Below are positions 1 through 13,959 of a stretch of 64,000 nucleotides of DNA, piece by piece; the stretch's first letter is position 1, and each line of letters opens with the position of its first letter. The notes under the pieces are model-generated. The model was not told where the DNA came from and searched no databases. It saw nothing but the letters and a program-made list of their open reading frames with translations. The position numbers were made by a program, and so were the translations under genes. The stretch comes from Tubiluchus corallicola. Its lineage: Eukaryota; Animalia; Priapulida. Location: contig JAQGDQ010000937.1 in NCBI GenBank assembly GCA_030141605.1, positions 1-64,000 on the forward strand, read 5' to 3'.

Positions 1-550
1 ACTCCATGCGCAGAAAGACAGGCTAATAGCTGTAATTATGATTTCTGTAAGATCCTCCACCCAGACCACTTGAGAAACGCTCTGTGAGCTGCACACAAAG
101 CAGCATAGCTACTTCAATTATATAATTTTATGAAATCCAACAAACCAGACATGATAAACTACAAAGAATGTCTTTTACTGTAAGCTTTATGAAATCCTTT
201 ATCACAGACAATTTCAGGTGCCTCGCAACGCACAATAGCAGCTATAATTTTCAATAATTCACTTCAACAGCATAATAATGTCTGAAATCAACGATAATTA
301 TAATCCCTCATTTAAAGATGATGTGAGGAAATTTCCCAGGATTATATCCCTTAGTGAGTAATGGCCAGCCTTGAACAGCTTTTCGTATCAAACAAACAGC
401 GTTTCTGTAATTCAGAAAAGAAATGCGTATTAGATTACTACATACATGATATTGGGTTTTTTAATCTTTGGCAGGCACACTTATTCAGAATTGTTTTTAG
501 TGGTTGCCCAGGCTTGACCTGTCCCTCGTGACCATAAATTGGTGGTCAGT
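1..550 (+). repeat. Dispersed repeat copy, near-identical to 30143..30700
   Basis: ccatgc.cagaaagacaggctaatagctgtaattatgatttctgtaagatcctccacccagacc... through ...ggtcagttt is colinear with 30143-30699 with few substitutions; it carries modules of the modular repeat family. Confidence 0.9.
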
Positions 551-1321
551 TTAAAGAAACAGCATTTTTGTATACATTTTTAATTTTTTTTAAAAAAGCG
601 AAATTTCCAAAAAGTGGTATACAGATTAATTGGGAAGTGACTGATAGCTATTCCAGCAATTATTAGGTTTCACTATTTTTCCAAGATGGCGGCCAAAATC
701 GACACATTTATCATCAATTTATATGAACCGTGGGCATTTAAGGCAAAAATGTATTTCTGGTAGATATAAATATATACCTCGGGAATCAGAAAGCTCTAGT
801 TTCTGAAGATATTACATCATAATTTCAAGATGGCTGCCAACATTTAAAATCTTCGACAACTTGTTTATATTGTTTATAGCATTTTATAAATCACACATGT
901 ATTGTAAATAATTAGGAAACAGGTTTGTAAAAATTGATGTTCTTATTATTTCAAGATGGCTACTAAATGCAAAAATCTAGCGCCCACCTTGAAATAATGA
1001 CGTCATCAGTAACTAGCGGTCGTGTAAAACATTCAGCAGTATCTGTTTGTAAATAAACAAAGTTTAAAAAACTGGCGACTTGGTTAAATTCCATAAAACG
1101 TACCTCTTATACCATATGGACCATATAAGTGACTTTAAAAAACATTTCACTTGTTTGAAAAGTATTGACGTTAAAAATATAAAAAAGTTATAAAGTACCT
1201 GAAAAAACGGTGCATATATTATAGTAATATTATATTATTATATTTTATATTTTATTTTAGTGGTGTGACAAACAGACCAGTTTTGCATACAACAATTGTA
1301 GTAGAAAACTGTTTCGCTTAA
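551..1321. mobile_element. Putative TTAA-flanked non-autonomous DNA element (Kolobok-like) with three CAAGATGGC motifs
   Basis: Begins ttaa-agaaacagc exactly where homology with the 30.1 kb copy ends and ends aactgtttcgc-ttaa (imperfect TIR). caagatggc occurs at about 682, 827 and 952. Confidence 0.35.
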
Positions 1322-1323
1322 AG

Positions 1324-3400
1324 TACGATTGCAGTGCTTCTGGCATGTGTGTAAATTTATCTACGATTGCAGTGCTTCTGGGATCTGTGTAAACTTATCT
1401 ACGATTGCAGTGCTTCTGGCATGTGTGTAAATTTGTCTACGATTGCAGTGCTTCTGGCATGTGTGTAAACCTATCTATGATTGCAGTGCTTCTGGGATGT
1501 GTGTAAACCTATTTATGATTGCAGTGCTTCTGGGATGTGTGTAAACCTATCTATGATTGCAGTGCTTCTGGAATGTGTGTAAACCTATCTACGATTGCAG
1601 TGCTTCTGGCATGTGTGTAAACCTGTCTACGATTGTGGTGTTTCTGGCATGTGTGTAAACCTATCTACGATTGCAGTGCTTCTGGCATGTGTATAAACTT
1701 ATCTACGATTGCAGTGCTTCTGGCATGTGTGTAAACTTATCTACGATTGCAGTGCTTCTGGCATGTGTGTAAATTTGTCTACGATTGCAGTGCTTTTGGG
1801 ATGTGTGTAAACCTATTTATGATTGCAGTGCTTCTGGGATGTGTGTAAACCTATCTATGATTGCAGTGCTTCTGGAATGTGTGTAAATCTATCTACGATT
1901 GCAGTGCTTCTGGCATGTGTGTAAACCTGTCTACGATTGTGGTGCTTCTGGCATGTGTGTAAACCAATCTACGATTGCGGTGCTTCTGGGATGTGTGTAA
2001 ACCGATCTACGATTGCGGTGCTTCTGGGATGTGTGTAAACCTATCTACGATTGCAGTGCTTCTGGCATGTGTGTAAACCTATTCTAGGATTGCAGTGCTT
2101 CTGGGATGTGTATAAACTTATCTACGATTGCAGTGCTTCTGGCATGTGGGTAAACTTATCTACGATTGCAGTACTTCTGGGATGTGTGTAAATCGATCTA
2201 CGATTGCGGTGCTTCTGGGATGTGTGTAAACCGATCTACGATTGCGGTGCTTCTGGGATGTGTGTAAACCTATCTACGATTGCAGTGCTTCTGGCATGTG
2301 TATAAATCTATCTAGGATTGCAGTGCTTCTGGCATGTGTATAAACTTATCTACGATTGCAGTGCTTCTGGCATGTGTGTAAACTTATCTACGATTGCAGT
2401 GCTTCTGGGATGTGTGTAAATTTGTCTACGATTGCAGTGCTTCTGGGATGTGTGTAAACCTATCTATGATTGCAGAGCTTCTGGGATGTGTGTAAACCTA
2501 TCTACGATTGCAGTGCTTCTGGGATGTGTGTAAACCTATCTATGATTGCAGTGCTTCTGGCATCTGTGTAAACCTATCTACGATTGCAGTGCTTCTGGCC
2601 TGTGTGTAAATTTGTCTACGATTGCAGTGCTTCTGGCATGTGTGTAAATCTATCTACGATTGCAGTGCTTCTGGCATGTGTGTAAACCTATCTACGATTG
2701 CAGTGCTTCTGGCATGTGTGTAAACCTGTCTACGATTGTGGTGCTTCTGGCATGTGTGTAAACCGATCTACGATTGCGGTGCTTCTGGGATGTGTGTAAA
2801 CCAATCTACGATTGCGGTGCTTCTGGGATGTGTGTAAACCTATCTACGATTGCAGTGCTTCTGGCATGTGTGTAAACCTATCTAGGATTGCAGTGCTTCT
2901 GGGATGTGTATAAACTTATCTACGATTGCAGTGCTTCTGGGATGTGTATAAACTTATCTACGATTGCAGTGCTTCTGGGATGTGTGTAAACCTATCTAGG
3001 ATTCCAGTGCTTCTGGGATGTGTATAAACTTATCTACGATTGCAGTGCTTCTGGGATGTGTGTAAACTTATCTACGATTGCAGTGCTTCTGGCATGTGTG
3101 TAAATTTGTCTACGATTGCAGTGCTTCTGGCATGTGTGTAAACCTATCTATGTTTGCAGTGCTTCTGGGATGTGTGTAAACCTATCTATGATTGCAGTGC
3201 TTCTGGGATGTGTGTAAACCTATCTATGATTGCAGTGCTTCTGGAATGTGTGTAAATCTATCTACGATTGCAGTGCTTCTGGCATGTGTGTAAACCTGTT
3301 TACGATTGTGGTGCTTCTGGGATGTGTGTAAACGTATCTAGGATTGCATTGCTTCTGGCATGTGTGTAAACTTTTCTACGATTGCAGTGCTTCTGGGATG
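1324..3400. repeat. 38-bp minisatellite, about 54 copies (tacgattgcagtgcttctggcatgtgtgtaaacctatc)
   Basis: Period measured from tacgatt at 1324 and 1362; continuous tandem array with point variants. Confidence 0.97.
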
Positions 3401-3402
3401 AG

Positions 3403-3660
3403 CTGCTGTAAAATTCGACTGGTCGTTATAGATATAGTCCGGAATGCGAAGCATTGCATTACTCGATTTTCTGATTACCGTCTGCTTTGAGATACAGAGT
3501 ACCACGACATTGCTTTTGGTGCCAAATTTTAGTTTCCTAACTGCTGTAAAATTCGACTGATTGTTATAGATATAGTCCGGAATGTGAAGCATTGCATTAC
3601 TCGATTACTGAGTTGCGTCAGCTTTGAGATACAAAGCACTGCCATGACAGGTCATTTTAG
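3403..3660 (+). repeat. Tandem pair of ~138-bp units; another copy at ~17405-17550
   Basis: ctgctgtaaaattcgactg..ttatagatatagtccggaatg.gaagcattgcattactc at 3403 and 3541, with a similar sequence at ~17419. Confidence 0.8.
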
Positions 3661-3674
3661 TGACAGGACATGTT

Positions 3675-4290
3675 ACTTACATTCTGTGCAACTGCACTTA
3701 ATTACTTACATTCTGCACAGCCGCACTTAATTACTTATTTTCTGCACAACCTCACTTAATTAATTACTTATTTTCTACACAACCGCACTTTTTTGTTGAC
3801 AATCACAACAACTGCCGCACTTATTTACTTACATTCTGCACAACCGCACTTAATTACTTTATTTCTGTGCAACTATACTTTTTTGCTAATTATCACAACA
3901 ACCGCACTTAAGTACTTACCTTCTGCACAACAGCACTTGGTTACTTATTTTCTGTACAACTGCACTTATTTACTTACTTTTCTGCACAACTGCACTTAAT
4001 TACTTATTTTCTGCACAACCGCACTTTTTTGCTAATTATCACAACAACCGCACTTAAGTACTTACATTCTGCACAACAGCACTTGGTTACTTATTTTCTG
4101 TACACTGCACTTATTTACTTACTTTTCTGCACAACTGCACTTAATTACTTATTTTCTGCACAACCGCACTTTTTTGCTAAGTATCACAACAACTGTCGCA
4201 CTTATTTACTTATTTTCTGCACAATCACACTTTTTCACTAATTATCACAACAACCGCACTTTTTACTTAATTTCTACACAACCGCACTAA
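3675..4290. repeat. Degenerate minisatellite (ctgcacaaccgcacttaattacttatttt modules)
   Basis: Recurrent gcactt/ttactt/ctgcacaa modules; 3830-4030 is repeated at 4030-4200. Confidence 0.85.
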
Positions 4291-7159
4291 CCTACTAAGT
4301 TAGGCAAGTTGTATAATTAAACATCAATTATAGTAATTGAGACATTTGTTCCTTCAACTCACATATTTTCAAATTTATATTAAAAACACATTAACTGATT
4401 GAAATTGCTGATAATTATAATCGGGCTCTGAGGAATTTTCCCAGAATTATTTCAGTCAATTGTGATTGATTTGCAATAATCAATGTGACAAGTTTTTCAT
4501 AACGTTCAAAGAGCAACTCTGATCTGACTTACCAATAATTATAATCCAGGTCAGTAAATGCACTCCAGGAATTTTCCCAGAGTCCGGCGCTTTAACTTTT
4601 GCCTATCGAGTATCTTAGCCTGGTGTACACTTGTGTCATTGTACACACTATTTTATTGATGGCCTACTTGCTACAACCCATGACAAGTTAAGGTCCTTTC
4701 ATCTTTTAAAAATAAATTCTTCTCTTGGGTCAGAGGCTTGAGGTCAGAGCATATCAGAGTGTTGTGTCTGATTAGTTGAAATTTTCTGCATTAGCCGATT
4801 TCACAAAAGAAATACTGTACCTTGTTACATTGCAATGCATTACATTGCGTTTTTTTTTTGTCAAAGATCGATTTTTAATTTGTGTAAGGCAAGCAAATGT
4901 TTTTCATGTGTATCTTTGTTTGAAATTTTATTGCGTGAGAAGCAGAAGTTTACAGAAATACCAATGTAACACAATAGTTGCTTAGTGAGTGCAGACATCA
5001 TAAACGTGCGCTAAACTCTTACAGTCCTAATAGAGTTAAAATGTACTGTAACAAGGTGTTTGCTGTGAAACTTTTTATGTCATTCTCTCACATCATACAT
5101 CACTGAAGCAATGATTAAATCAATTATAGTAACAATAGGCGTATTCAAATATTTTGCAAATTGCACTTTTTTATTCCCAAATTATTGGAGCTCTTCATCT
5201 AAGTCAAGCCTTTAGTTTTCTGTCAAATCGTTTAGGAAATGTTTTTTTTTTCTGAAAAAAGAATTGACAGGGTAAACGTAACTGTTCAAAGTATTTGTGG
5301 CTGTTAGAGTCATGTAACAAGTATATCTTACGTGACCCTGTCCACACTGGAAATTGTAATCACAAGTGTTTACACATTAAAAAACTTAATCCAATCATTA
5401 CGCTCATTGCCCACAGCTTAATAAAACTGAACTAATCTTGTGTTTTGCTGGAGGATAATGTTTAGATGTGCAATTCTTATCCTACATGACAGTGTCTAGA
5501 CTAAATATTGATAGCCTAAGGTGTTTGAAGCTAATGGGTTTTTAAATTCTAAGTGAACTTAATGTTTAAATCTCTAAAATGTTTATTATATGTGACAGTG
5601 GCTAGACTGAAAATTTTAATCACATGTTTTTCTGGTAACAGAACTTAATCCGTTTCTTTCGCTCTTTGCCCACGTTTCTATAATCGTATCAACTGTGTTT
5701 TGCTGGAGGTTATAGTTGAGTTTTCAACATTTTTCTCGAATAAAGATTAATATCTGTGAGTAGGTTAAGTTCAAATGACAGTGGATTAAAGCTTGTAGGA
5801 GCTGCCAGTAAAACTAAATGTTGTGCATTGAAAAAGTATTTTCACTAAAATAAACCTAATTCTTGCCAAGAACTTTTTAATGTGTTGGATTTGGAGACAT
5901 TACTGTTCCTGTTTCTGTTTCTAAAATTGTAAAAATAATTACATTTTTGACAAAAATTGCAGGCTCAAAGATTTTTTGCTTTCAGAATGAGTTTTAAGTG
6001 CATAAAATTTTAAATTCAGACATAAAAATTCTTAATCAGAGTTAGAACCTTGATCAATAAAGTTGTCATTTTTTCAAAACACTATACTATATTACAATAT
6101 TATATTATACTATAAGAGGAACTAACTTTTCGACATAAATTAAAAAAAGAAAAATAATAAAGAAGATGATTTTCTTTAATCTTTCAAATGTAATAAACCA
6201 TTTTTGGAACCTAAATAGCTGAGTTCTCATTTGCCAAATCATCGTTACTCATAGACACAAAAGGTAAAAAAGGGAAGAAAGTTTCTAGGAAGAATGCAAT
6301 AAGACTTAAGCTTCGATTCGTAATAAAGTAAGAGAGCAAAGTAATAAAAGCTTCGATTCGTTTACTGTTCAGATATTTAATATTTTTTACTTCGAGGTCG
6401 TTTGCTGGCTTTTCCCTGTTGTAAAGAAAAGATCGTGAATTTTGCTGCAGCATCTTCAAGCACGTGGATGATGCGCAGAAGTTTTAGAGGATGTCAGATC
6501 ATTTAATAGATAATTTCACCAATTCCTCTTAAACAAACCAACTGAGACATTTCTTCTTAATACTCGCAAATAACAACTAAAGCTTTTAAAATTTCTATTA
6601 AAAACACAATACTGATGGAAATAGCTGATAACTATAATCCAGGTCTAAGGAATTCTCCCAGAATTATTTCAACAACGTGCAACTGCCTACAAATAATCAA
6701 TTTGACAGGCTTTTCATTACATTCAAAGAGTAGCCCTGATTTCAACTGTAGATAACTATAATCCAAATCAGTGAATGCGCTCCAGGAATTTTCCCAGGAA
6801 GATCAGACTGACTGGGAAAATAACAGCCTTGGAGATCTTTTCATAACATTCAAAGAGCAACTTTGATCTGTCTTGCTGATAATTATAATCCAATTCAGTA
6901 AATGCACTCCAGGAATGTTCCCAGGAAGATCGGACTGACTGGGAAAATAACAGCCTTGGAGAGCTTTGCCTAACATTCATGTTCTAATTTTAAGGAACTT
7001 TGCCTAAATTACATAATAATTTCAATCAATGATGATCATAATTTGACCTACTTAATAAACAGAAATAAAGAATATTCCAGGACGATCAAATTAAATTTGA
7101 TGCAGGAAAATCATTGAAGAGGTTTTTATGCCTTTGAACAATTTTATTTTATCAAGTTC

Positions 7160-8112
7160 TATGCTCTGCTCTAAGCCCAGCTTACAACTCAATTCTTTAT
7201 TTGAATCTTATTTTGCCATTTTTTGAACAGATCGTTTAAGACATGTTGAACACAATGTAGAAATTATTGTTGTTTTAATCAACATTTTGACAAATCCCCT
7301 GAAGTAAATTGCATGAGTCATCTTATGTGCAAAGCTGGGCAGACAAATTTAACAGAAGTTTTACCAAATCCTCTTAAGTAAACGACTTGAGCCAAGAATG
7401 TCAGATAAATTAAATGATCAAATTGATAAGACCCTCAGGTGGAAACTACCTAAGAGCACAAAGAGCAGCAATCATTTGAAATTTCGCTATAAAGACGCAT
7501 TACTGATTGAAACTATTGATAATTATAATCCAGTTTTTTAAACTGATTGGAGTCATTTTCTCAGGTAACACCTAATCAGGTATGAACAGGCAGGTAATGA
7601 CCAACCTTGTGTAGCTTTTCAAAACATTTTATAAAGCGATTTTGTTTTCAATAAACTGCGCACAGGTTATATAATGATTTCAATGAATAAATCAGTTTAG
7701 CCAGCTCAATTAACACTTACAAAGTACAAAGTACAGAATTTATATTTATAACAGTATAGTATATGTCTAGGCAATAGTCCAGTCAAACTAGCGCAACTAC
7801 CGGTTCACGTTCGCAGAGCGTTTAAAGGAAAAGATGTCACAATTTTGCTATAATCTAATACTGTAGGCTCGGCTAAACAGACTCACGGTTAAATAGACAA
7901 AATCGCTTAATTTACTCAAAAACGCCTGCTACTGGCCCTTTCTATATAAATGTACGTAAAAATTGTCGGTAAGTGAATTAAATGACTCAATATTTTTGCT
8001 TCTATCCTTTTTTTGTAAGCAGGAACATTGATCATACATTAATTATGCTAGCCTAATGTTTGCTTTCACCCGCCGGTTAACTGCAATTAACTTCATTACC
8101 TAAGAATTTCAG
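7160..8112 (+). repeat. Duplicated segment, paralogous to 21480..22190
   Basis: gctctaagcccagcttacaactcaa...tttgaacagatcgtttaagacat...ccggttaactgcaattaacttcatta is shared colinearly with indels; both copies are followed by the gaagtcctct repeat. Confidence 0.88.
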
Positions 8113-8174
8113 GAAGCTAAACATTAAATCACTTGCTTAACGATTTGCCGTATATTGCATATTGTAGGTATTTT

Positions 8175-8367
8175 GCCGTGCGTGAATGATTGAGTGAGTA
8201 GGTGAGTGAGTGAGTCACTCAATCAGTAAGTCAGCCATTAAGTCAGTCAGGCAGCTAGCAAGTGAGTCAGTAAATTATCAAGTCATTCATTCAGTCAAGC
8301 AGGTATTGAGTGAGTCAGTCAGTCAGTCAGTCAGCCAATCAATCAATAAGTCAGTCAGTCAGTCAGC
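8175..8367. repeat. Degenerate (AGTC)n/(AGTG)n microsatellite
   Basis: gtcagtcagtcagtcag tracts; explains the SVSQ-rich ORF 8210..8443. Confidence 0.85.
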
Positions 8368-8539
8368 TTCCCCGAAATCTAAAGCACACAAAACGATATT
8401 GTTTTTCAGCTGCGAATATGGCACAATTTACTTTTATAACTGATTATTATTAGTAAACCCACAAAACCTAGTTGTAAGGAAAAATATCTGGGTCATACTC
8501 AGTAGACAACAGGGATGATTTACTACTATTCTTAGAAGT

Positions 8540-11500
8540 AATCTGTCCACTTGGAAGTCTTCTAACCTCTACGTAGTCCTCTAGGAAGACCTTTGTTTCT
8601 AGAAAGTCCTCTGTCATCTAGGGATTTCTGTCCTATTGGAAGTCCTCTAGTAGATCCACTGGCCTCTAAGAAGTCCTCTGTCCTCCTGGAAGTCCTCTGT
8701 CGTATTGAAAGTCTTCTGTCCTCTATGTAGTCCTCCAGGAAGACTTTTGTCTTCTAACAAGTCCTCTGTCCTTCTGAAAGACCTTTGTCCTCTTGCAAGT
8801 CTTCTATCCTTTAGGAAGTCTTCTAGGAAATCATCTGTCATCTAGGAATTCCTCTGTCATCTAGGAAGTCCTCTGTCCTTTTGAAAGTCCTCTGTCTTCC
8901 TGGCAGTCTTCTGTCTTCTAGAAATCCACTAGGAGGACCTTTATCTTCTAGGAATCCTCAGTCATTTAGAAAGTCTTCTAGGAGGTCATCTGTCCTCAAG
9001 GAAGTCCTCTGTCATACTGGAACTCTTCAATCCTCTGTGAAGTCCTCTAGGAAATTATCTAGGAAATCTTCTGTCCTCTTGGAAGTCCTTTGTCCTTTTG
9101 GGTGTCTTCTATCATCTAGGAAGTCCTCTAGGAAGACCTTTGTCTTCTAGGAAGTTCTCTATCATCTAGGAAGTCCTCCAGGGCGGCTTCTGTCCTCTTG
9201 GAAGTATTCTGTCCTCTACGAAGTCCTTCGGCAAGACATTTGTCATCTAGGAAGTCCTTTGTACTGTTGGAGAACCTCTGTCATCTTGGAAGGCCTCTGT
9301 CTTTTTAGAAGTCCTGTGTCCTCCTGGCAGTCTTCTGTCTTCCAGGAAGTCCACTAGGAGGACTTTTATCTTCTAGGAATCTTCAGTCATTTAGGAAGTC
9401 TTCTTGGAGGTCATCTGTCCTCTCGGAAGTCCTCTGTCCTTTTGGATGTTTTCATTCCTCTAAGAAGTCCTCTAGGAAGACTTCTGTCCTCTTGGAAGTC
9501 CTCTGTCCAACAGGAATGTCTTCTGACATCTGGGAAGTCCTCTAGGAGATCCATTGACCTCTAAGAAGTCATCTGTACTCTAGGAAGTCTTCTGTCTTTT
9601 AGGAAGTCCTCTAGAAAGACCTTTATCTTCTAGAAAGTCCTCTGTCATCTAAAAAGTTCCCAAAGATCTTCATAGAGGACAGAGTAATTGCAAGAGGACA
9701 AAGGATTTCCAATAGGACACAAGACTTCTCAGAGAACTTCATGGGTAACCGAGGACTTCAAGGAAAGCAAATGTCTTCCTAGATGACTTGTAAGAGGACA
9801 GAGGACTATGTAGTCCAAGAGAACAGAAGACCTCCTGGAGGACAGAGGTCTTCCTAATTGCCAAAAGGACGAATGACTTCCAAGAGGATAGATGACTTGC
9901 AAAAGGGCAGGGGACTTCCAAGAGGACAGAAGTCTTCCCAGAGGACTTTTTATTGGACTTCCTAGAGCATTGAAAACTTTCAGTAATACTGAAGACTTCC
10001 TTGAGGACATAGAACCTCCCAGAGGACTTCCTAAACAACAGAGGATTCCTAGAAGACAGAGGTCTTCATGGAGGACTTCTTAGAGGATTGAAGACTTCCA
10101 GTAGGTAAGAAGACTTCCAGGAGGGCAATGGTAAAAAGTTTCATCTGGGAAGTTCTTCATAGGTATTCTGTCCTAAAAGATGTCCTATGTCCTCCTGGAG
10201 GTCTTCCATCTTCTAATAAGTCCTCCTGGAAAACCTTTTTTCTTCTAGGAAGTCCTCTATCATCTAGGAAGTCGTCTATGAAGACCTTTGTCTTCTAGGA
10301 ATCCTCTGTCATTTATGAAGTCCTCTGGGAGGTTCTCTGTCCTCAAGGAAGTCCTTAGTATTATTGAAAGTTTTCAATCCTCTAGGAAGTCCCCTACCCT
10401 TTTGCAAGTCCTCTGTCCTCTTGGAAGTCTTCCATCCTTTTGGCATTTAGGAAGTCCTCTGTCCTCCAGGAGGTCTTCTGTCCTCTTGGAAGTCTTTTGT
10501 CTTTTAGGATGTTAGCTAGAGAGATCCACTGTCTTCTAAGAAGTCCCCTGTCCTCCTGGAAGTCTACTGTCATTTAGGAAGTCCTCTAGAAAGACCTTTT
10601 GCTCCTAGAAACTCCTCTTTCATCTTGAAAGTTCTCCAAGAAGTCTTCTGCCCTATTGACAGTAATCTGTCCTTTCGGAAGTTTTCACTAGTCTAAGAAG
10701 TCCTCTAGGAAAATTTCTGTCCTCTTGGAAGTCCTCTGTCCTATTGAAAGTCGTCATCTAGACCATTGTCTTCTAAAGAAGTCCTCTATCATATAGAAAG
10801 TCCTCCAGGAGGAATTCTGTCCTCTATGAAGTCCTTTGGAAAGACATTTGTCTTCTAGGAAGTCCTCTGTCCTCTTAGAAGTCATCTGTACTCTAGGAAG
10901 TCTTCTGTTGATTAGGAAGTCCTCTGTCATCTAGGAAGTTCCCAAAGGTCTTCACAGAGGACAGAATAATTGCAAGAGGACAAAGGACTTCCAATGGGAC
11001 AGAAGACTTCCTAGAGGACTTTTTAGTGGACATCCTCTATGAAGACCTTTGTGTTCTAGGATTCCTCTGTCATTTAAGAAGTGCTCTATGAGGTCCTCTG
11101 TCCTCAAGGAAGTCCTCAGTATTATTGAAAGTTTTCAATCCTCTAGGAAATCCTCCAAATGTCCTCTAGGAAAACTCCTGTCCTTTTGGAAGTCCCCTGC
11201 CCTTTTGCAAATCCTCTGTCCTCTTGGAAGTCTTCTGTCTTTTAGGACGTCATCTAGGAGATCCACTGTCTTCTAAGAAGTCCTCTGTCTTTTAGAAGTT
11301 CTCTGTCCTCCTGGAAGTTTTCTGTCTTCTAGGAAGTCCTCTGCCATATGGAAATGTCTTCTGACATCTGGGAAGTCTTCCTAGAGGGCTACCTAGAGGA
11401 TAGAAGACTTCCAGGAGGACAGAGATCTTCCAAAAGGACAGAGGACTTTCTAGATGACAGAGGAATTCCTAGAAGACTTCCTAGAGGACTTCGTAGAGGA

Positions 11501-11580
11501 TTGAAGATATCCAAGTAGAAAAATGTCTTCCTAGATGACTTTCTGGAGGACAAAAGACTACCAAAAGCGCAAAGGACTTA
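8540..11580. repeat. Complex degenerate satellite (ggaagtcctctgtc/tctagg modules) with internal inverted blocks
   Basis: Dense gaagtcctct/tctaggaag modules; orientation flips to agaggac/gacttcc at about 9670-10125, 10950-11030 and 11390-11580. Confidence 0.92.
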
Positions 11581-12479
11581 AAGGTTTACCTTAAAAATGG
11601 ATAATCGCATAAACGTTTTATTCATCGAAAAATCACATACAATAAAACCTTGCTCAGTTTGTAGAGTGACCCAAAACATCCTGTGATGCCTGCGTGCATG
11701 CATTAACAATGTTATCCATATAAACACACATTAACGAAAATTCCGCACATTAAGTTGTATTAAAATTTTACGTAATTTCAATCATTGTGTAATGGGGCAC
11801 AATTTCTTTATAATGGAAGCGTCATTGTGAGATATGAAAAACTCTTCAAGGTTGGTCATTACTCAGTGTTCATCCAGATGTACACGGGATAATCCTTGGA
11901 AAATTCCTCACGTCAATTCACTAAATTGTATTATCTGTATCTGAAATAATTACATAACAACAACCTGACTAAGGGAATGACAATCGCTTTTTGTGTCTCA
12001 TGGGTTTTAAAATTAATCAATTTAGACGTTCATAACAAAGATGGGAAAACGACTAGTGTCAGTTTGCAATTTTCAACAATTCATGTTATTATATCAGAGA
12101 GAATTGTTTTACTTTTGAAATAAGAAACATTCATTGTGTGTGTTGATAGATCTAAGCTTGGTCACCCACCCAATTACATACGCAATCTGGATAATCCTAG
12201 AATCGTAGACGATAAATTTTCTTACATTTTTGCTAAACCAGACTGTCTTTACGTTATTTTGTTCAGAGTTTTATTTTGCAGTTATTATTAAACATTATAA
12301 TTTCTGTTTATGTAAAGGAAGCTGTTAGTGGTTTTGCATAAAACAAGTTAAGATAAGATAAGATAAAATGACCTAACAGTACTGAACACAGTAGTAAATT
12401 GTATGAGCTCAGCACTTGTAATGAATCGCTATTAATAAATCATCCATTAAATGAATAGCTTTCCTTTTTTAGAAAATGT

Positions 12480-13560
12480 AGTTATGAGCCATTTCAATGG
12501 TTATGCAATGGGGTGCAATTTGTTGATAATAAAAACTCTCTTTGTGTGCTATAAAAAACTCTTCAAGGTTGGCCATTGCCCAGTGTTTTCCAATACATAA
12601 AGCATACATAATACATGGGAAATATCCTGGAAAAATTCCCTAGATTAATTTAAAATGAAGGATTGTAATTATCACCAGAGACCAGAGAGCGCATTGGGGA
12701 AAGGTTTCATAAAGTTTCATCAGATGATAGTTGCACAAATATTCGCCCTGCTTGTGTTGAAAATTACTACATTGCTGTCTCACTCGCTTATGTGTGTATA
12801 GAGTATATAGTATATTTAATAATGCATTTGCGTAATACCTTAATACTATATTAACTTTATATATATATTGATGTAATTATTTGCAATGCTGCCTCACTAG
12901 GTGGCAGAATGTCTGACAAAATGCGACGTTTCAGATTAAAATTTTACAGATTAAGAACAATTTTTAGATAACCATTTGAAATCCAAAATCGCAAAGTACA
13001 ACTAATGGAAGTAATTATGATATTATGAAATCCTGCTCTGCTGCACTTGAGATGCTGTCTACTCCCTAGCAGAAAGACCGGCTAATAGATATAATTATAA
13101 TTTTATAAAATCCTGCCAGAAAAACCACTTTGTCCTGCTCTGCTCTGTTCTGATACGCTCTGCTCGCTGCACACAAAGCAAGATAGTTATTTCAATTACA
13201 TCATTTTATGAAATCCTTTAAACCACTTGAGACACGATAAATACCGTTAACAAAGAGATTAAGTCTTTTATTATCAGCCTCATCAAATCCATTAGCGAAC
13301 TTCAGACAACCTTTATATGTATCTCACAAAGAGCAGCTATAATTTTCAGTAATTCACTTGGACAACATAATAATGTTTGAATTCAATGATAATTGTAATC
13401 CCTCATTTTAAATTAGTGTGAGGAATTTTCCCAGGATTATATCCCTGGTGGGTAATGACCAGCCTTGAAGAGCTTTTCATATTGCGCAAAGAGCGATTCT
13501 GTAATTCAGAAATGTAACACAGAGTAAATTGCATAGCAATTTTAATGACTGATGTTTAAG
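12480..13560. mobile_element. Foldback-like element: inverted arms of the modular AT-rich repeat family
   Basis: Left arm (aaactcttcaaggttggccatt...cctggaaaaattccc...ggattgtaattatca) is the reverse complement of the right arm (tgataattgtaatccc...ggaattttcccagg...aatgaccagccttgaagagc). Confidence 0.55.
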
Positions 13561-13959
13561 ACATGGGAGAAATTTATTCACGATTGTTCGCAAGGGGGAG
13601 GGTGGCAAACGCCGTGATTCATGTGTCTGTTTAATAGGATTTTGTGAAATTTTCGTAAAATTATCTGACATTCTTTGTAGATAATGCACATGTTGTTTCA
13701 AGGATTTGCTGCCCAGGTTTGTATAGAGGAAAATTATCCCTGACAATAGTATCAGGAACACATTTTTGACTAAACTGTTGTTCTGCCCCGTCGCAAGAGA
13801 AACACTAGTCGTGCCCCAATCATACCAACTAGTGGTATCCTTGTACAGTCATGCAGTTACCTTAAACTGTTAAAATTTGAACTGAAAGCATTTTCTGGGT
13901 AGATTTTTGAATGGCGCGAATTTTGGGATGCGTTAAAAATAATCATCCAGATTTAGAAA

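Noticed and set aside
1324-3400. CRISPR-like regular 38-bp periodicity (also the 82-, 64- and 47-bp arrays)
   Set aside because: Units are head-to-tail with no unique spacers, there are no cas genes, and the context is eukaryotic.
8647-11276. Multiple Ser/Leu/Arg-rich ORFs (also 22207-23610)
   Set aside because: They derive from the gaagtcctct satellite on both strands.
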